Positions 59,953 through 64,000 of a stretch of DNA of 64,000 bases are shown piece after piece (position 1 is the first letter of the stretch; every line of letters starts with the position of its first letter). The DNA is from Cyanobacteriota bacterium (GTDB taxonomy: Bacteria > Cyanobacteriota > Cyanobacteriia > PCC-6307 > Cyanobiaceae): contig JBJOMY010000004.1 in the NCBI GenBank assembly GCA_046052125.1, forward strand, positions 128,001-192,000, written 5' to 3'. The notes beneath the pieces are model-generated. The model searched no databases. It was not told the DNA's origin and was given only the letters and a program-made list of their open reading frames with translations. The translations under genes and the position numbers were made by a program.

Positions 59953-61908
59953 TCAGCTCGATTTGTAGGCCGCCAGCAACCAGCGCTCGCCGTCGCGCGC
60001 AAACACATAGGTATTGCGCAGGGTGGTGTTGGCGGTCTGCCCCAGCAGCTTGCCGCTGCTGTCGCGGCGCTCGTCGCTGTACTGGAGCGTCACCTGGGCA
60101 GCAATGCGGTTGGCGCTGCGCTCGCTCACGCTGAAGCTCTGCACGTTGGTGGTCACGGTTTCTGTGGCGCCGGCGCTGCGGTTGGCCTGCAGCTGCTGTT
60201 GCAGTCGCTCCACCTGGCTGCTGCGGGCCAGGTCTGCCAGAGCCACGGGAGAGGCTTGGCCAGCCAGCACAGCGGCCTTGGCGGTGAGCCAGGCTTCCAG
60301 TAGCTCCTGGAGCTGGGCATCGCTGGGCTCGGCCGCGCTGAGTGGGAAGGCCGGAGCGGGTGGCTTCGGAGGTGGCTCGGGTGCCACAGGCTTGCTCTGC
60401 TCGGCTGGCTGCACCGGCAGCGGCTGGGCGGTTTCCGTGCGGGGGCGCTGCAGTAGCCATCCGCCAAGCGAGATCAGCACCACCACAGCGCCGGCGGCCG
60501 GCAGGCCCCAGCGGGGCAGATCCTTCAGGGCAGGAAGCTCGGGGAGTTGCGGCAGCTCGGGCCAGCGCCAGCGGGGGCCGTCCCAGAGATCGTCCTCTTC
60601 GGGTGGCTCCTCAGCGGCCTGCGGCGCTTCAGCGGGGGCATCGAGGTTGAACTCGGGCCAGCTCAGTGCCGGCTCGGTTGTATCGGCGGCGAAGGGGGCG
60701 GGCTCCTGCGGCGTACGCGCCGTGCTCTGTCGGCCGCGGATGCGGTCCTGCTGCTCCACATAGGCCTGCACATCGCGGTCAGCGAACCAGGCCTCGAGAT
60801 CCACATCCGCTTCGATATCGCGGAAGCCCGGCAGCACCTCGCGGCTCAACCAGTCGCGGCAGTAGGCGCAGAGGCGGGCCAGGGGGTCGTCGCTCTGCTC
60901 CTGGGCCCACTGGCGCAGCTCGGCATCTGCACCGGCATCAAACAGTGCTTGGGCCTGCTCCACCTGGCCCAGCAGGAGCTGCTGGCAGGCCAGGAACACG
61001 TCGGTGCCGGGTTGGCCGCCCGCCTCAAGCCGCTGGAATGCCGCCTGGATGCGTTCGGGCTTGCGCTGCACAAAGCCGGCAGCGGTGAGCGCAAAGCTGG
61101 CCAGAAAGTCTGCGGTGGCGGAGCCGCTGTCCGCCCAGCGGCTAAACAGATCCACCTGCTCCTGCACGGTCAGGAACTGACGGATCTGTTTGAAAAAGGG
61201 TTGGAATTCGGCCTGAGGGAACTCCGAATCGAGCTCGCCCTCCAGGCCTCCCCGCTGCTGCACGAGCTGCTCCAGCAGGGTGATGCCTTCTTGCCGAGAC
61301 CCAACCGCCGAAAGATCGCGGCTGATCAGGTCGAGCACTCGATAAGGCAGCAGGCTTTTGAGCTCCTGCTCCAGTTGGCGGCGCTGTTCCGGCAGCTGGC
61401 CCATGCGCTGCAGCAATTGCAGACCTTGCTGCAGGGTGCGGGCGGCGGCCTCAAAGCGGCGTTGGCTGCGGAAATCGCTCGCGGCTGCTTTGCAGGCCAG
61501 TCCGGCTAAGAGGGTGAGATCTGCTTCTCGGCTGCTGCCGAGGGCTGGGGCCTGGGGGGGCTGAAGGCCACGGCTTGCTGCTTCGAAGGCCTCCTGCGCC
61601 TGCCCTGCTTCCATCAGCAGCAGCAGCCCGCCCACCTCGCGTGAGGGGGGAATCTCCAAGGCGGCGATGGAGCCTTCGCCGTTGTCGGCGATGGCCGTGA
61701 GCTCGCGCTCGTAGGCATGGCGCCTCTCCTCATCACTGAGGAGTTCGGCGCTCGCCTGCAGCAATTCAGCCCGGGCCTGCAGGGTGTCGTGGGTAAAGCC
61801 TTGATCCGGCGCACGATCCAAGCGTTGCTGCAGGGTGCGCAGCACCGATTCGCTATCGGTCGTGGCGGAAACCCCGAGGAGGCGGAAGTGATCGATCGGC
61901 AGTTCCAA
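59953..61908 (-). CDS. ftn2: Ftn2/ZipN (ARC6 family) cell division protein
   Basis: MELPIDHFRLLG J-like domain, LPYRVLDL, FLTVQEQ, TM segment and C-terminal IMS-like domain. Confidence 0.88.
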   Translation of the reverse strand: MELPIDHFRLLGVSATTDSESVLRTLQQRLDRAPDQGFTHDTLQARAELLQASAELLSDEERRHAYERELTAIADNGEGSIAALEIPPSREVGGLLLLMEAGQAQEAFEAASRGLQPPQAPALGSSREADLTLLAGLACKAAASDFRSQRRFEAAARTLQQGLQLLQRMGQLPEQRRQLEQELKSLLPYRVLDLISRDLSAVGSRQEGITLLEQLVQQRGGLEGELDSEFPQAEFQPFFKQIRQFLTVQEQVDLFSRWADSGSATADFLASFALTAAGFVQRKPERIQAAFQRLEAGGQPGTDVFLACQQLLLGQVEQAQALFDAGADAELRQWAQEQSDDPLARLCAYCRDWLSREVLPGFRDIEADVDLEAWFADRDVQAYVEQQDRIRGRQSTARTPQEPAPFAADTTEPALSWPEFNLDAPAEAPQAAEEPPEEDDLWDGPRWRWPELPQLPELPALKDLPRWGLPAAGAVVVLISLGGWLLQRPRTETAQPLPVQPAEQSKPVAPEPPPKPPAPAFPLSAAEPSDAQLQELLEAWLTAKAAVLAGQASPVALADLARSSQVERLQQQLQANRSAGATETVTTNVQSFSVSERSANRIAAQVTLQYSDERRDSSGKLLGQTANTTLRNTYVFARDGERWLLAAYKSS

Positions 61909-62038
61909 TCCGCCCGGTTCGCTTGGGCGTGACTGTAGTCAGGGTCTGTGGTTTTGGCCTGGTCCTGCACACCGCTTGGTGATGGACCCCGTACAGTCGC
62001 CTCAGCATCAGTAGTGGCCGGACAGCCGGAAACCGCGC

Positions 62039-63148
62039 ATGACACAGGCAGATCTCGGCCAGAGCGTCGCCAGCAACGGGGCTCCCGGCTGCTCCGCCGA
62101 TGTGAATGCCGTTGGCTTGCACGCCGAGCGTCTGCTGAACCTCTACCCCTCCACCCCCGCTGTGGTGACGCGGGATGAGGGCCTGATGCTCTACCGCGAC
62201 ATGGTCCTGGGTCGGCGCTTCGAAGACAAGTGCGCCGAGATGTATTACCGGGGCAAGATGTTCGGCTTCGTGCACCTCTACAACGGCCAGGAGGCCGTGA
62301 GCACGGGCGTCATCAAGGCGATGAAGATGCAGCACGACTGGTTCTGCAGCACCTATCGCGATCACGTGCACGCCCTCAGCTGCGGGGTTCCGGCCCGCGA
62401 GGTGATGAGCGAGCTGTTCGGTAAGGAAACCGGTTGCAGCAAGGGCCGCGGCGGCTCGATGCACCTCTTTTCAAAGGAGCACCATCTGCTCGGTGGCTAC
62501 GCCTTTATTGGTGAAGGCATCCCCGTGGCCCTTGGCGCCGCCTTCACCAGCCGCTACAAGCGTGACGCTCTCGGTGATGCCAGCAGCGATGCCGTGACCG
62601 CCGCCTTCTTCGGCGATGGCACCTGCAACATCGGTCAGTTCTATGAGTGCCTGAACATGGCGGCGCTCTGGAAGCTGCCGATCATTTTCGTGGTGGAGAA
62701 CAACAAGTGGGCCATCGGCATGGACCACAACCGTGCCACCAGCGACCCCGAGATCTGGCGCAAAGCTGCGGCCTTCGGCATGGCCGGTGAAGAGGTGGAT
62801 GGCATGGATGTGTTGGCGGTGCGTGGTGCCGCCCAACGCGCCATCGAGCGCGCCCGCGCCGGTGAAGGCCCCACCCTGCTGGAGTGCCTCACCTACCGCT
62901 TCCGCGGCCACTCCCTCGCTGATCCCGATGAGCTGCGTGCCGAGGCAGAGAAGGAGTTCTGGGCTCAGCGCGATCCGATCAAGCAGCTGGCCGCTCACCT
63001 GATCGAGCACAACCTCGCCACGGCCGATGAGCTCAAGGGCATCGACAAGGAGATCGATGCCGAAGTGGCCGACTGCGTGGAGTTCGCGCTGGCTGCTCCC
63101 GAGCCCAAGCCTGAAGAGCTCACCCGCTACATCTGGGCTGAAGATTGA
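62039..63148 (+). CDS. pdhA: Pyruvate dehydrogenase E1 alpha subunit
   Basis: [26 protein letters not shown]-binding motif, YRFRGHS. Confidence 0.97.
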   Translation: MTQADLGQSVASNGAPGCSADVNAVGLHAERLLNLYPSTPAVVTRDEGLMLYRDMVLGRRFEDKCAEMYYRGKMFGFVHLYNGQEAVSTGVIKAMKMQHDWFCSTYRDHVHALSCGVPAREVMSELFGKETGCSKGRGGSMHLFSKEHHLLGGYAFIGEGIPVALGAAFTSRYKRDALGDASSDAVTAAFFGDGTCNIGQFYECLNMAALWKLPIIFVVENNKWAIGMDHNRATSDPEIWRKAAAFGMAGEEVDGMDVLAVRGAAQRAIERARAGEGPTLLECLTYRFRGHSLADPDELRAEAEKEFWAQRDPIKQLAAHLIEHNLATADELKGIDKEIDAEVADCVEFALAAPEPKPEELTRYIWAED

Positions 63149-63187
63149 TCCTGGGATCGCTGGCTGCGGCCGCGATCCAACCAGGAA

Positions 63188-64000
63188 TCACAGGGCATGC
63201 AGCCGGGCCTGCTCCTTGGCGGCTCTGAACACCAGCGCGTGCCGTTGCACCAAAGGAGTGAGCTCGTCGTAGCCACCGCCAATCACGGTGGCTACAGGGA
63301 TCGATCGCCTCAGGCAGGCATCCAGCACCAAGCGGTCGCGGTTGAGCAACCCGTTGCTGCTGAGGTTCAACCGCCCTAGCCGGTCGCCATGGTGGGGATC
63401 CACGCCGGCGTTGTAAAGCACCAGATCCGGTTGCACGCGATCGAGTAGCTCGGGAATCAGATCGCCGATGGCCAGCAGATAGTCGTCATCACCGAGTCCA
63501 TCGTCGAGGGGTAGGTCGACATCGCTGCTCTGTTTGCGCAGTGGGAAGTTGCTCTGGCAGTGGGCTGAGAAGGTGAACACCCTCGGATCGCCGGCGAAGA
63601 TCGCCGCTGTGGCATCCCCCTGGTGCACGTCAAGGTCGATCACCATCAGTTGTTGCACCAGCCCTTCCGCCAGCAGCACCCGGGCGGCTACGGCGCAATC
63701 GTTGAAGATGCAGAAGCCGCTGCCGTGATCGGGGTAGGCGTGATGGGTGCCGCCGGCGAGATGGCAGGCGAGGCCGTGCTGGAGCGCCAGCCGCGCCGTG
63801 ACCACGGTGCCGCCCACCGCCAGCCAGGTGCGCTGCACCAGGGGTGTGGTGGCTGGCAGGCCGATGCGCCGCTGCTCCGAATGGGTGAGTTCGCCGCGGG
63901 CAAACGCCTCGTGGTAGCGCGGTTCATGCACCAGCTCCAGCCAACGCCGCGGCGCCGGCATGGGCCGGTGGATCTGCGCTTCGCTGGCCAGGCCCTGATC
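63188..64000 (-). CDS. Histone deacetylase family protein (5' end outside the window)
   Basis: GGTHHA, GFCIFND, DLDVHQGD, AGVD, GGGY; frame stays open to the window edge. Confidence 0.92.
   Translation of the reverse strand, partial: DQGLASEAQIHRPMPAPRRWLELVHEPRYHEAFARGELTHSEQRRIGLPATTPLVQRTWLAVGGTVVTARLALQHGLACHLAGGTHHAYPDHGSGFCIFNDCAVAARVLLAEGLVQQLMVIDLDVHQGDATAAIFAGDPRVFTFSAHCQSNFPLRKQSSDVDLPLDDGLGDDDYLLAIGDLIPELLDRVQPDLVLYNAGVDPHHGDRLGRLNLSSNGLLNRDRLVLDACLRRSIPVATVIGGGYDELTPLVQRHALVFRAAKEQARLHAL

Overview
A GC-rich picocyanobacterial chromosome segment (Synechococcus/Cyanobium-like, judged from gene content and order). It is mostly dense core genes: bamA-lpxC-fabZ-lpxA-lpxB-msrA, pepA, tyrS, pyrF, recO-deoC, hpf, lipB-aas, pdhC-queA, sodB, lnt, tRNA-Ala(GGC), lexA, argF, ftsH, ribD, cbiET, NAD kinase, pheS, surE, ribF, thiE-thiS, larB, ispF, trmD, era, phoH, rpsP, ffh, ftn2 and pdhA. 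No integrase, transposase, rRNA or CRISPR array was seen. The most notable items are: (1) a radical-SAM RiPP-like locus grrP-grrA-grrM, whose Gly-rich precursor carries eight aromatic-X-Asn motifs and a signal-peptide-like leader, with no adjacent protease or exporter; (2) a module missed by the ORF track, made of an NtcA-like site, a glutamine-II (Downstream-peptide) riboswitch, a 33-aa peptide and a terminator, next to tRNA-Ala; (3) an unannotated 47-aa NdhQ-like gene overlapping ribF antisense; (4) a yefM-yoeB module with a perfect 15-bp inverted-repeat operator; (5) a Coq4-like HDxxH protein and a Tat-signal beta-carbonic anhydrase on either side of pyrF. All calls rest on motif recognition by eye; no database searches were run.
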